The notes under the pieces: generated by a model | Told to the model about the DNA's origin: nothing | Database searches by the model: none | What the model saw: only the letters and a program-made list of their open reading frames with translations | NCBI GenBank assembly: GCA_963755715.1 | Contig: CAVWLW010000021.1 | Location: 9,897 to 73,896 of the forward strand | From: an uncultured delta proteobacterium | GTDB taxonomy: Bacteria > Desulfobacterota > Binatia > UBA9968 | Reading direction: 5' to 3' | Length of the DNA stretch: 64,000 bases | In this document: piece after piece, positions 10,369 to 19,495 of the stretch | Layout: each line of letters begins with the position of its first letter | Position numbering within the stretch: position 1 is the first letter of the stretch | Program-made: the position numbers and the translations under genes

Positions 10369-11538
10369 TCAGCTTCCTGGCAAGGATATTTTTGTTATCT
10401 CGGTAGCCGGCGCGGGAAGCTGTTCTTTCTTGGAGAGGATTTCTAACCCGGCGGCACTGACGTCGCGGCGAACCAGGCGCCCGTTCTCATAGTAAGACCA
10501 CAAATCTGCGATACCATCACCGTTGAGGTCGCGCTCCTCTTTGAGCACGATCTCCCCGTCGGCGCTCGTGTCATAATAGATCCACAGATCGGCTCGGCCG
10601 CTTGCGCTTGTGTCCTTTTCGACCTTGGCGAGGCGTCCGTTTTGGTAGATCGCCCGATAGGTCATGCTTCCCTGTCCGGTTTCGTCGCGGTCCTCGCGAA
10701 CGAGCTTATCGTTGTCATAAAAATAGATGGTGTCCGGCCGACCGATTTGCTTGGTATCGATTTCTCGCCGGACCATTTTGCCATCTTTGAAATAGCTCCA
10801 GGTGTCGACGCGGCCATCGCCCTTGGTCGACTCTTCTTGACGGATCACTTCACCTGGTTTTTGCGGATTGTAATAAATCCAAAGGTCCGGCACGCCGTCG
10901 CCGTTGATGTCCCTAATTTCGACGTTTTTGAATGGGCTTGGCGCGGTCTGGTTGTTGGGTGGTTTGCTCAAAGAAGCCAGATTTTCGCCGCTCTTGTTTT
11001 GAGAGCCGGTTGCTCTTGGCGGCGTTTCAGCTGGCGGCGGAGCTGATAAGGGCTTTTGCGTTTGACTCGGCGTCCCGGCAGCCGAGACGGGTTGGATTGC
11101 AGATTCGCCGCCGGCCGGCGTTGTCGTTGCGCTCGCCACTTGATTTTCTAGGTCCCTCTGGTGCGCCAGCTCCTGCTCGATGGCGGCTTCAAGTTGTTGG
11201 TCTTTTTTTTGTTCGGTATAAATCTGGTTGTTGATTTGCCCATAATGTGAGTCGGCGGTGATCAAGCCGGTAATCAAACCAATAATCAATCCACCGCCTG
11301 CACCGTAGGGGCCGCCGATAGAGCCGCCCATGGCAATGCCTTCCATGGCTTTGCTCCAGGCGTGTTGCCAGCGTTGTGAGCTGCTGACCGCTGGTGGTGG
11401 TTGCGGCGCTGGGGAAGGAGTATTCGAATTGGGATAAGGGTATTGCGCGGAACTTGGTGGGTATTGCACCGCCACGGGATCGCAACCGCAAATTGCGCTC
11501 AAAAACGCCAGCCCGAATAATCCCAATCGCTGTTTCAT
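10369..11538 (-). CDS. Lipoprotein with glycine zipper, coiled coil and about six DxxGDGxxD-type repeats
   Basis: Lipobox ICGC; GIAMGGSIGGPYGAGGGLIIGLITG; repeats DINGDGVPDLWIYY, STKGDGRVDTWSYF, DLNGDGIADLWSYY. Confidence 0.75.
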   Translation of the reverse strand: MKQRLGLFGLAFLSAICGCDPVAVQYPPSSAQYPYPNSNTPSPAPQPPPAVSSSQRWQHAWSKAMEGIAMGGSIGGPYGAGGGLIIGLITGLITADSHYGQINNQIYTEQKKDQQLEAAIEQELAHQRDLENQVASATTTPAGGESAIQPVSAAGTPSQTQKPLSAPPPAETPPRATGSQNKSGENLASLSKPPNNQTAPSPFKNVEIRDINGDGVPDLWIYYNPQKPGEVIRQEESTKGDGRVDTWSYFKDGKMVRREIDTKQIGRPDTIYFYDNDKLVREDRDETGQGSMTYRAIYQNGRLAKVEKDTSASGRADLWIYYDTSADGEIVLKEERDLNGDGIADLWSYYENGRLVRRDVSAAGLEILSKKEQLPAPATEITKISLPGS

Positions 11539-11570
11539 CCCTCATCCTATGCCAAGGGGCAAAGCTTACT

Positions 11571-12794
11571 TTATTCCGGGCCGGACTCCAACCCCAAAAT
11601 GGCCGCCGTTGCCGGCTGCGCGCCGACCATCGCCGCGCCCTCCATAATATTGCGCCGTTCGTCTTCGACCCGCGCGAACGGCGCGGAAACGCGCGGTGGC
11701 TCGGCATTTTCCAATTGCTCCTGGCTGATGACTTGATCGCCCTTGAAGACGTAGCGCGCGGTGATTTTACCCTGATACTTCTGGTCTTCGAGTTGCTCCA
11801 CCTTCTCACCGTTGCGGAAATTTACCCAGACATCGACCTTGTGATCGCCGTTCGTGTCGACTTCCTGGGCGATGATCTGGCCCTTTTCGTAGATCGTTCT
11901 GAAATCAAACAGACCATCTCCCTTGGTGTCGCGTTCTTCGCGGACGAGTTGATTATCCTGAAAATAGGCAACGGTGTCCCACTTGCCGTTTCCCTTGGTG
12001 TCGCGCAGACGTTTTGTCAATCGACCTTGAGAGAAAATTTCAATCATGTCCAAGCGACCACGGTGCGCGGTATCTTCCTCCCGGCGCACGACTTCGTCAC
12101 CACGGAAATAGACGCTTCGGCCGACTTTGCCGTCGCCATGCAAATCTTCGTCTTGTCTAACCAGGCGACCATCTTGATAGTGCCCCCAAAGATCGATCTT
12201 GCCGATGTGTTTGCGGTCCAGCTCCTTGCGCACCAACTGGCCATTTTCGAAATAGGAAAAACTATCGGGCTTGCCATCGCCGTCGGTATCTTCTTCAATC
12301 CGGCTAATCTTGCCGTCTTTGTAGAAGACGCGTCGGTTTGCGGCGCCGCCCGCTTTGGCGGTCTCCTCGCTGCGCACCGGTTGGCCGTTTTCATAGTAGA
12401 TCCAGAGAGTCGGTTTCCCCGAGCGCTCGGTGTCTTGGCCCTTGCGTTCGATTTCTCCCTTGGCGTTCAAGTAGAGCCACGTATCGAATTGGCCGTCATT
12501 CTTACTGGCAATTTCCTGACGCGCCGGCTTGCCGGCCTCGTAATAAATCACGATGTCGGCTTTGCCGTCAAAATTGACGTCCTGCTCGATGCGCTCGGTT
12601 TTCCCCTGGGCATCGTAATAAATCCAGCGGTCCATCTTGCCGTCGCCATTGGTGTCTTGCGCCTGGCGAATCACATTGCCGCGATCGTCATAATAAAAGC
12701 TGGCGATGGGCTGTTGGGAATGTGTTTGTGACGGTAGAGCAAGGAGCCAGAGCGCCGCAAAAACCAGCCAGCCCGCTTTTACTCGGTCATTCAT
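11571..12794 (-). CDS. Exported protein built from about 13 tandem 24-25 aa repeats (D-T-x-G-D-G-K-x-D-x-W-x-Y-Y-E-N-G-x-x-V-R)
   Basis: Sec-like signal from MNDRVKAG; repeats read directly from the translation. Confidence 0.75.
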   Translation of the reverse strand: MNDRVKAGWLVFAALWLLALPSQTHSQQPIASFYYDDRGNVIRQAQDTNGDGKMDRWIYYDAQGKTERIEQDVNFDGKADIVIYYEAGKPARQEIASKNDGQFDTWLYLNAKGEIERKGQDTERSGKPTLWIYYENGQPVRSEETAKAGGAANRRVFYKDGKISRIEEDTDGDGKPDSFSYFENGQLVRKELDRKHIGKIDLWGHYQDGRLVRQDEDLHGDGKVGRSVYFRGDEVVRREEDTAHRGRLDMIEIFSQGRLTKRLRDTKGNGKWDTVAYFQDNQLVREERDTKGDGLFDFRTIYEKGQIIAQEVDTNGDHKVDVWVNFRNGEKVEQLEDQKYQGKITARYVFKGDQVISQEQLENAEPPRVSAPFARVEDERRNIMEGAAMVGAQPATAAILGLESGPE

Positions 12795-12831
12795 CGCTCG
12801 CCTAGAGTCGCGCAGCGCGAGACGAATCGAA

Positions 12832-13035
12832 TCAGGACTTGTTTGTATCGTGGGCGTCGTTTGATGACGGCGCACTATCGATGGGAGTCTTATCCGGCTC
12901 GTTGACCGCTTTTTTGAAGCCACGGATAGCTTCGCCGAGCGATTTGCCGAATTCCGGGAGTTTGCTTGGACCGAATACGATCAGAGCGACGATAAATATG
13001 ACGATCAGCTCCGGAGCGCCGAGACTTCCTAACAT
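12832..13035 (-). CDS. tatA: Twin-arginine translocase TatA/E subunit
   Basis: MLGSLGAPELIVIFIVALIVFGPSKLPEFGKSLGEAIRGFKKA; GGAGG RBS upstream. Confidence 0.93.
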   Translation of the reverse strand: MLGSLGAPELIVIFIVALIVFGPSKLPEFGKSLGEAIRGFKKAVNEPDKTPIDSAPSSNDAHDTNKS

Positions 13036-13270
13036 AAAGCACCTCCCGCAAGGCACTTTCACGCTACGCCACGAGATAAATGAAGTCAACGCGCCTGCGG
13101 TGAAGAATAATGCGTACGAGAGTCGAGCAAAATAGAGCGATTTTTCGAGGCAGCATGATCCATGGGCCATCATTGGGCCATTATCCAAGAGATTCTACCT
13201 TATGCACCTTGCAAATCGGCGGGTGTCAGGTAAATCTGCATACTTAAAATCCCTCCCGAACTATCCAGCG

Positions 13271-15017
13271 ATGAACACCGCCGAGAAAATCGAAGCTTCG
13301 TCCCTCGATCCACGTACTGCTGCAATCAGCAGAGCGTTGGCTAGCTTGGCTCTTGGCAGCGGCGGTCGTGTTCTTCTTGTTTTATCAGCTTGGTGGTGCG
13401 CCTCTCTATGAGCCGGATGAAGGGCGCAATGCAGAGAAAGCGCGTGAAATTCTCGTGCTCAACGATTGGATCACACCGCATGAGAACTTCCATACCGTGC
13501 TTGACAAGCCGGTGTTTTACTATTGGCTGGTGGCGCTCTCTTACAAACTTTTTGGTGTGTCCGAATGGTCCGCGCGGCTGCCCTCCGCGCTGGCGGCCAT
13601 GGCTTGCGCCTGGTTGGTTTTTTACTTCGCCCGCGCACGCTGGGGCCGCTGGGAGGCATTCTGGGCTGTGCTCATTTTGCTGACCAGCACTGAATTTTTC
13701 CTGCTTGGTCGAATCGTAATCTTCGATATGACGTTGACGTTTTGTCAGACCCTTGCTTTGGCGTCTTTCTATGAAGCGGCTCACACCGACGGCACGGTCC
13801 GGCGAAGAATTTTCTGTACAATGATGTATCTCGCCCTCGGAGCGGGGACGCTGATCAAAGGTCTTATCGGAGTGGTCATCCCGGGAATGGTGATCTTTTT
13901 TTATATGCTGCTAGGAAAGCGTTGGGAGATTTTACGGCGCATCTATTTTATTCCCGGCGTTTTGTTGTTTTTTGCGGTGGTTTTGCCGTGGTATCTCCAA
14001 GCTAACGCGCGCAATCCCGGTTTTCTCAGTTATTACATTTGGCAAGAGCATTTCGGCCGCTATGCCACCGTCGACTTCGACCGTTCCGAGCCCTGGTATT
14101 ATTTTATTGTCGTCGGTTTACTCGGATTTTTCCCCTGGACTTTCGTTTTGCCCATCGTGGCCAAAGATTATTGGAAAAAAACCTTGGATGACAAAACGCT
14201 TTTCCTCATCCTCTGGCTGGTTCTGCCGTTCTTGTTTTTCTCTGTTTCGAAATCCAAACTACCTCACTATATACTGCCGATATTTCCCGCCTTGGCAATC
14301 TTGACCGCCGCCACCCTGGTTCGGCTGTACCGGCAATCCGAATCGAAGTTGCGTTTCGCCTTAGCACTCGGGTGGTTAATGCAAATCTTAAACACGGTCT
14401 ATTTGGCCGCCGGAACGATTTTTCCCTCGATTCTCCCGAGCCACGTTCGCGAGAGCGTCAATGGCCTAGCCTCCTTTATTTGGTTTTATGTGCTTTTCTC
14501 GGTGCTAATGCTTGGCTACATGATCATTTCCAGGGCGGACGGGGCGGAACGACAGCGGACGCTTTTTCTGGTTCACGGTTTGAGTATGTGCGTCTTTTTG
14601 GTTTTTTTAACGCGCATGGTGATTGCGATTGCGCCGACCCGTTCCGCGCAGGCGCTTGCCGAGCAAGTGCGATCCCAACTCACCACCACGACTCAGGTCG
14701 TATTTTTCGATACCTATTTGGCGGGGATGCCGTTCTACTTACAGACCGAGCGGCCGATTTGGTTTGTTACCCATACCAACAAGAGACGCACTTTTCTGGG
14801 AAATTATTTTGCGATGAACAAACGAGCTGAGCCGCGGATGCCGTGGGGAAAAGCCGTCCTGGATTTCGCCGAGTTCCGCGCGCGTTGGTACACTGCGACG
14901 CAACCCCTGTTGGTCATTTTGAAAGAAAAAAACCTGCCGCGAATGGCACAGGAAGTGGGGCAAATGCCGAAGCGCGTCGCTGGCGTCGATGAATACGTCT
15001 TGGTTTTAAAACAGTGA
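13271..15017 (+). CDS. ArnT/PMT-like (GT-C) undecaprenyl-phosphate-sugar glycosyltransferase, probable +1 frameshift near the N-terminus
   Basis: YEPDEGRNAE, DKPVFYYW, ARLPSA, IKGLIG, SKSKLPHYILP; many TM segments. The ATG at 13271 is out of frame by +1 with the main ORF. Confidence 0.88.
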
Positions 15018-15087
15018 GAGAAAAAACGTTCACTCGGCGGATGAAACGCCGCCGTGATTGTGCCGAATCGGGTCGCAGAGCTTGACT

Positions 15088-15912
15088 ATGAATAGTTGGA
15101 TTGTCGCGGTTATTCTGGGCATCGTCGAAGGTCTCACCGAGTTCCTGCCGGTTTCTTCCACGGGTCATTTGATCGTTGTTGGATCTCTGCTTGGGTTTGT
15201 CGGCGAGAGGGCGGCGAGTTTCGAGGTGGTCATTCAACTCGGCGCAATCCTTTCGGTCGTTCTGTTGTACTGGCGCCGGTTTGTTCGACTGATTCCGGCG
15301 CGCCGCCGATCCCTCCTCGGCGCTCGATCCACCCTGGACGGATGGGCCGGGCTTTGGCGCATCGGGTTCGCGACAGCGCCGGCGTTGCTGGTCGGTTATC
15401 TAGCACGGCACGCGATAAAAGAGCGACTGTTTAATCCTGAGGCAGTGACATTGGCGCTGGCGGCCGGCGGTATAGCGATCCTGCTGGCGGAGCGCTATGG
15501 CTCTCGCCGCAGCACCAACACGCTCGATACGCTCACGCTCGGGCAAGCCGTCGGTGTCGGCTTCTTTCAAGTGCTATCGCTCTGGCCCGGCACGTCGCGG
15601 GCCGCCGCGACGATCGTCGGCGGCATGCTGCTTGGTTTGGAACGGAAAAGCGCGGCGGAATTCTCGTTTCTCATTGCCGTGCCGGTTATGTTTGCCGCGA
15701 CCGGTTATGAGCTGATCAAGATGCGCGACCAAATGGCTTTTGCAGATTCTCTGCAGCTCGCTGTCGGATTTGTCATTTCATTTGTAGTGGCGTTGATTGC
15801 CGTGAAGGGGTTTATCAGCTTTCTTCAGCGCGGTAAGCTCACGCCGTTTGCCTGGTATCGAATCATCGCCGCGCTGGGTTTCTATTTTCTCACCCGCGGT
15901 TCGAGCTTCTAA
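15088..15912 (+). CDS. uppP: Undecaprenyl-diphosphatase
   Basis: GIVEGLTEFLPVSSTGH, VIQLGAIL, PGTSR, AAEFSF. Confidence 0.95.
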   Translation: MNSWIVAVILGIVEGLTEFLPVSSTGHLIVVGSLLGFVGERAASFEVVIQLGAILSVVLLYWRRFVRLIPARRRSLLGARSTLDGWAGLWRIGFATAPALLVGYLARHAIKERLFNPEAVTLALAAGGIAILLAERYGSRRSTNTLDTLTLGQAVGVGFFQVLSLWPGTSRAAATIVGGMLLGLERKSAAEFSFLIAVPVMFAATGYELIKMRDQMAFADSLQLAVGFVISFVVALIAVKGFISFLQRGKLTPFAWYRIIAALGFYFLTRGSSF

Positions 15913-15940
15913 TAAAATATTATCGTCAGGACGCGACGGA

Positions 15941-16672
15941 CTATTTATGTTCGTGGCGGTGCTTGATCCATGCAAAGAGCTGGTTTCGGTAGTAATACGC
16001 GGCCCCTAACGCGACGATTGAGCCAAGCGCGAGCAGGATAAACGTGTGGTACTCTTCGTTTCGAATCGTCGCGCCCTGCATGGTCAGAAGGTAGGTTCCC
16101 GGTAGCCGTCCGATGATTGACACAATCAGAAAGGTGCCGAGCTTCATTCGACTCAGCCCGAGAACATAACAGAGATAATCCTTGGGAAACCCGGGAAAAA
16201 GAAACAGCACGAAGCAAATCAATGTGCCGGTCTTGGTCGTGAGAAAATTGAACTTCTCCAAAACTTCGCGCTTGACGAATCGCTCGACGAACGGCCGACC
16301 GAGAATACTCGCTAGCTCAAAGGCGACCCAGGAACCTAAAGAAAGACCGATGGTCGAAAGCAAAAAGCCAAAAGTTTCGCCGTAGACATAGCCGCCCGCG
16401 ACGCCTGTCAACTCGCCGGGAAAGGGCGCCGCGATCACCTGCAATACTTGCAAGAGCACGAAAACCGCGGGCGAGTAGGGCCCGAGATTTTGCAGAAATT
16501 TACTGAGTTTATCACTGCTCGAATATATTCCCTCGAAATCATCGAAGTCCTCGCCGGCCGGGGCAAAAGCACTGAAGGGCCGTGGAATATAACGGCTGAA
16601 AAAAAACAAGAGCACGATCAGGACAACAAAAATTAGACCCCGGATAGCCAGTTGACGACGCGGGTTGCTCAT
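15941..16672 (-). CDS. TVP38/TMEM64 (VTT/DedA superfamily) membrane protein
   Basis: LQVIAAPFPGELTGVAGGYVYG, LFPGFPKDYLCYVLGLS, GRLPGT. Confidence 0.88.
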   Translation of the reverse strand: MSNPRRQLAIRGLIFVVLIVLLFFFSRYIPRPFSAFAPAGEDFDDFEGIYSSSDKLSKFLQNLGPYSPAVFVLLQVLQVIAAPFPGELTGVAGGYVYGETFGFLLSTIGLSLGSWVAFELASILGRPFVERFVKREVLEKFNFLTTKTGTLICFVLFLFPGFPKDYLCYVLGLSRMKLGTFLIVSIIGRLPGTYLLTMQGATIRNEEYHTFILLALGSIVALGAAYYYRNQLFAWIKHRHEHK

Positions 16673-16878
16673 CGGATTGCTATAACAATAAAAAAATCAG
16701 AAGACGAGCGGGGTTGACGAAAGGTCTAAAATTGTTATCCGGGTGCACGCCTATCACAGAGCTGCTTGCATGTTTTCGAGCAGCGCTTCGATTCTTGAGG
16801 TCTTCTCTGTAGCCCATCGACGACGTTATTGTTAAATGAGGACGAATTTCGAGAAGGTGTTAAGTCCGATAAATCAAT

Positions 16879-16914
16879 AAAAAAGGGGCGCTGGATTCAG
16901 CCAGCGCCCCTTTT
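16879..16914 (-). terminator. Intrinsic (likely bidirectional) terminator downstream of the ABC permease
   Basis: aaaaggggcgctgg-attcag-ccagcgcccctttt: a 14-bp inverted repeat with A/T tails on both sides. Confidence 0.85.
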
Positions 16915-16942
16915 GCTAACTTGCGTCTGTTCAGAGCCGTAT

Positions 16943-17785
16943 TTATTCGGCGCCCACCTTGGGCCGCCACTTGTCGAAGCGCGTTTCGTACCGATCGATG
17001 ACGTCGGTCATTATCATGCCGGTTATGGCAAAAATCAGCACGCCGACGAAGACCTTATCAGTCTGAAAGGTTGCGCCAGCGACCGTGATCATGAAACCGA
17101 TGCCCGCCGTGGCGGCATAGAGCTCGCCGACCATGACGCCGATCAGGGCGCGACCGACCGCTAAACGGAGGCCGGTCAAGATGAACGGAACGGTCGACGG
17201 CAACACGACCGATTTGAAAATTTGCCATTCCGAGGCGCCAAAGCTCCGCGCTGCGGTGAGCAGATTGGCCGGCGTGGTTTTGACTCCATCCCGAGTATTG
17301 ATCAAGAGTGGAAACACCGCGCCGAGGAAAATGATGCCGACCTTCGACAGGATGCCGATGCCGAGCCATATGATAACCAGAGGTAACAGGGCAACGCGCG
17401 GCGTAGCGTTCATGGCGTTAACAAAGGGGTCGCAAACGTAGGCGAACTTTTTATACCAGCCGATGGCTATGCCGAATGGAATCGCAAAGATGATGGATAG
17501 AAAATACCCCCAGAAAAACTCAATGCCGCTAACATAAAGATCATTCCAGATTTCGCCCGACGCGAACATCTGCCAAGCCGCCTTCCCAATCATTGATGGC
17601 GCGCTCATAAACATGGGGTTAATGAGACCAGCCCAGTTGCCGATGGTTTCCCAGGTTAAGAGAAACCCAATCACCGAGATCGTGCCGAGGATTTTTCGTT
17701 CTTGATTGAGGTAGAATTTATATGCGGCGGACGCTTCGGCGACCCGTACATCTAACAATTGTTCTTCTTGAGCGGCATGAGCCAT
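16943..17785 (-). CDS. NitT/TauT/SsuC-family ABC transporter permease (orphan)
   Basis: ATPRVALLPL, AARSFGASEWQIFKSVVLPST (EAA loop), VGELYAATAGIG. Confidence 0.92.
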   Translation of the reverse strand: MAHAAQEEQLLDVRVAEASAAYKFYLNQERKILGTISVIGFLLTWETIGNWAGLINPMFMSAPSMIGKAAWQMFASGEIWNDLYVSGIEFFWGYFLSIIFAIPFGIAIGWYKKFAYVCDPFVNAMNATPRVALLPLVIIWLGIGILSKVGIIFLGAVFPLLINTRDGVKTTPANLLTAARSFGASEWQIFKSVVLPSTVPFILTGLRLAVGRALIGVMVGELYAATAGIGFMITVAGATFQTDKVFVGVLIFAITGMIMTDVIDRYETRFDKWRPKVGAE

Positions 17786-17928
17786 AAAGTGACCCCTCCT
17801 GTTATCTGGTTAGGAAAACGATACCATTTGTTCAGCCTGCGCACCAGTACCAAAAGGGCTTGACCTTGTCAACAGATATCCGTCAGCATTTTGGAGCGAA
17901 TGATGACGGAGTATATTCGTCTGTTATC

Positions 17929-17957
17929 TTGACATTTGTTTAGGTATTAAATATTTT
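17929..17957 (+). promoter_or_regulatory. Putative sigma70 promoter for the radical SAM operon
   Basis: TTGACA, 17-nt spacer, TATTTT, in an AT-rich divergent intergenic region; GGGAG RBS before the ATG at 18000. Confidence 0.55.
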
Positions 17958-17999
17958 CATCTTTAGTATTCCTGCCCGTTATTATTTTGGGAGAAGACT

Positions 18000-19481
18000 A
18001 TGAAACTTCTTTTTGTCACACCGCCGATGGGAAATTGGGCGCCTTGGGGGGACCGACATCTAGCGGTCAACTCGCTGCATGCTCAGGTTGCTGCCTTTAT
18101 TCGAGAGAAGAAGGTCGCGGACGTGTCGGTTCTCGATTGCCGTGCCCTTGGACTGGACGATGAGCAGATGCTCGATGAGGTCAAAAGGCGGCAGCCCGAT
18201 GCGGTGTTTTTCGGGGCGATGATCGCCGCTGCCGGCGGGGCCGCGCAGCTCAACCGTTTTCATGCGGCGATGCAAGGGATCAAAGAAGTTTTACCGAAAA
18301 CGATCACGATCGGCGGCGGCTTGATGTATACGGCCGTGCCGCAGAAGGTCATGGCGGAGAATCCACAGTTGGATTTCGCCATCGTTGGCGTGTTCGGCGA
18401 CAACGAATATCCGCTCTGGGAATTGCTCGAGGAATTGAAAAAGACGGCGCCGAAGCTCGGCGCCATCCGCGGCTTGGCTTGGCGCGATGGCGATGAAATC
18501 GTTCTTAATGCGGCGCGCCCGGTGATTAGCAATCTCGACGAGCTGCCGATGCCCGCATACGACCTTTTCCCGATGGACAAGTACTACGGCTACTCTGTGA
18601 TTCCCAACTACAATGAGGCTGTCACTTCCCGAGGCTGCGAAGGGGCATGTCACTTCTGCTATGAATGGTGGTTGGTCGACCCGCGCAATCCGCGTGATTT
18701 CAGCTCCCATCGCACGCGCGGCGGGCGGGCCGTGGCTGATGAAATGGAGCTGCTCAACAAGAAGTATGGCGTCAAAGCGCTGACCTTTATGGACGATGAC
18801 TTCAATTCGGATCGCCAGAAAATGGTCGATCTGGTCGAAGCGCTGGAAGAAAAGAAGCTCGATATGAGCTGGTTTTGTTTAAGCCGGGCGCAGAACTTCA
18901 TCCGTGACGCCGATTTGGTGCCGCGCTTGCGAAAAGTCGGTCTTTATCAAGTTCTGATCGGCATCGACGGCGGCACCGACGAGGAAATCGCCGAAGCGCA
19001 CAAAGGCCCGATGAAAGTCGGCGTTAAGGAATTGAAAGACCTGATTCAATTCCTGCGCAAGAACGACATCTCGACGATTTCCACCTATCTGAACGGCTTT
19101 TGGGAAGACGACGAAGCCAAAATTCGCCAGCGCGCCAAGGCGGTCGACGAAATCGACCCCGACATCGTCATGATTCAATTGCTCAACCCGATTCCCGGCT
19201 CGCCGATCTACAAGAAAGCCGTCAAGGAAAGCTTGATTGAAATTGACAATCTCAGCCTTTACGACCTCGAGCATTGTGTGATGCCGACCAAACATCTCTC
19301 CCGCCAGCAACTCGGCGAACTGACCGGTTGGGCATTCCAATCTTTCTATGGCAAGCCGGGCAGAGTCGATCGGATCTTGAACGGCTACAGCTCCCCCTAT
19401 GTGAAAATGAAATTTCTGTCTTTTAAAGGGAACGCTGCCAAGTACGAAAAAGGCGCGGCGGAAGATGCCGTCGCGATCTAA
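18000..19481 (+). CDS. B12-binding-domain radical SAM enzyme (BchE-like architecture)
   Basis: N-terminal Rossmann-like B12-binding region; LDELPMPAYDL; TSRGCEGACHFC (CxxxCxxC); FMDDDF; PIPGSPIY. Confidence 0.88.
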   Translation: MKLLFVTPPMGNWAPWGDRHLAVNSLHAQVAAFIREKKVADVSVLDCRALGLDDEQMLDEVKRRQPDAVFFGAMIAAAGGAAQLNRFHAAMQGIKEVLPKTITIGGGLMYTAVPQKVMAENPQLDFAIVGVFGDNEYPLWELLEELKKTAPKLGAIRGLAWRDGDEIVLNAARPVISNLDELPMPAYDLFPMDKYYGYSVIPNYNEAVTSRGCEGACHFCYEWWLVDPRNPRDFSSHRTRGGRAVADEMELLNKKYGVKALTFMDDDFNSDRQKMVDLVEALEEKKLDMSWFCLSRAQNFIRDADLVPRLRKVGLYQVLIGIDGGTDEEIAEAHKGPMKVGVKELKDLIQFLRKNDISTISTYLNGFWEDDEAKIRQRAKAVDEIDPDIVMIQLLNPIPGSPIYKKAVKESLIEIDNLSLYDLEHCVMPTKHLSRQQLGELTGWAFQSFYGKPGRVDRILNGYSSPYVKMKFLSFKGNAAKYEKGAAEDAVAI

Positions 19482-19495
19482 CGAATTCCCGCGCA

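Noticed and set aside
11394-12731. 445-aa plus-strand ORF
   Set aside because: Antisense shadow of the repeat protein, with no recognisable motifs.
17786-17999. Cobalamin riboswitch or FNR site upstream of the B12 radical SAM gene
   Set aside because: No B12-box consensus seen; TTGAC-CTT-GTCAA has a 3-nt spacer, not the 4 nt of FNR/CRP sites.
18000-19481. bchE (anaerobic Mg-protoporphyrin cyclase) call
   Set aside because: The architecture is similar but motifs diverge and there are no other bch genes in the window.
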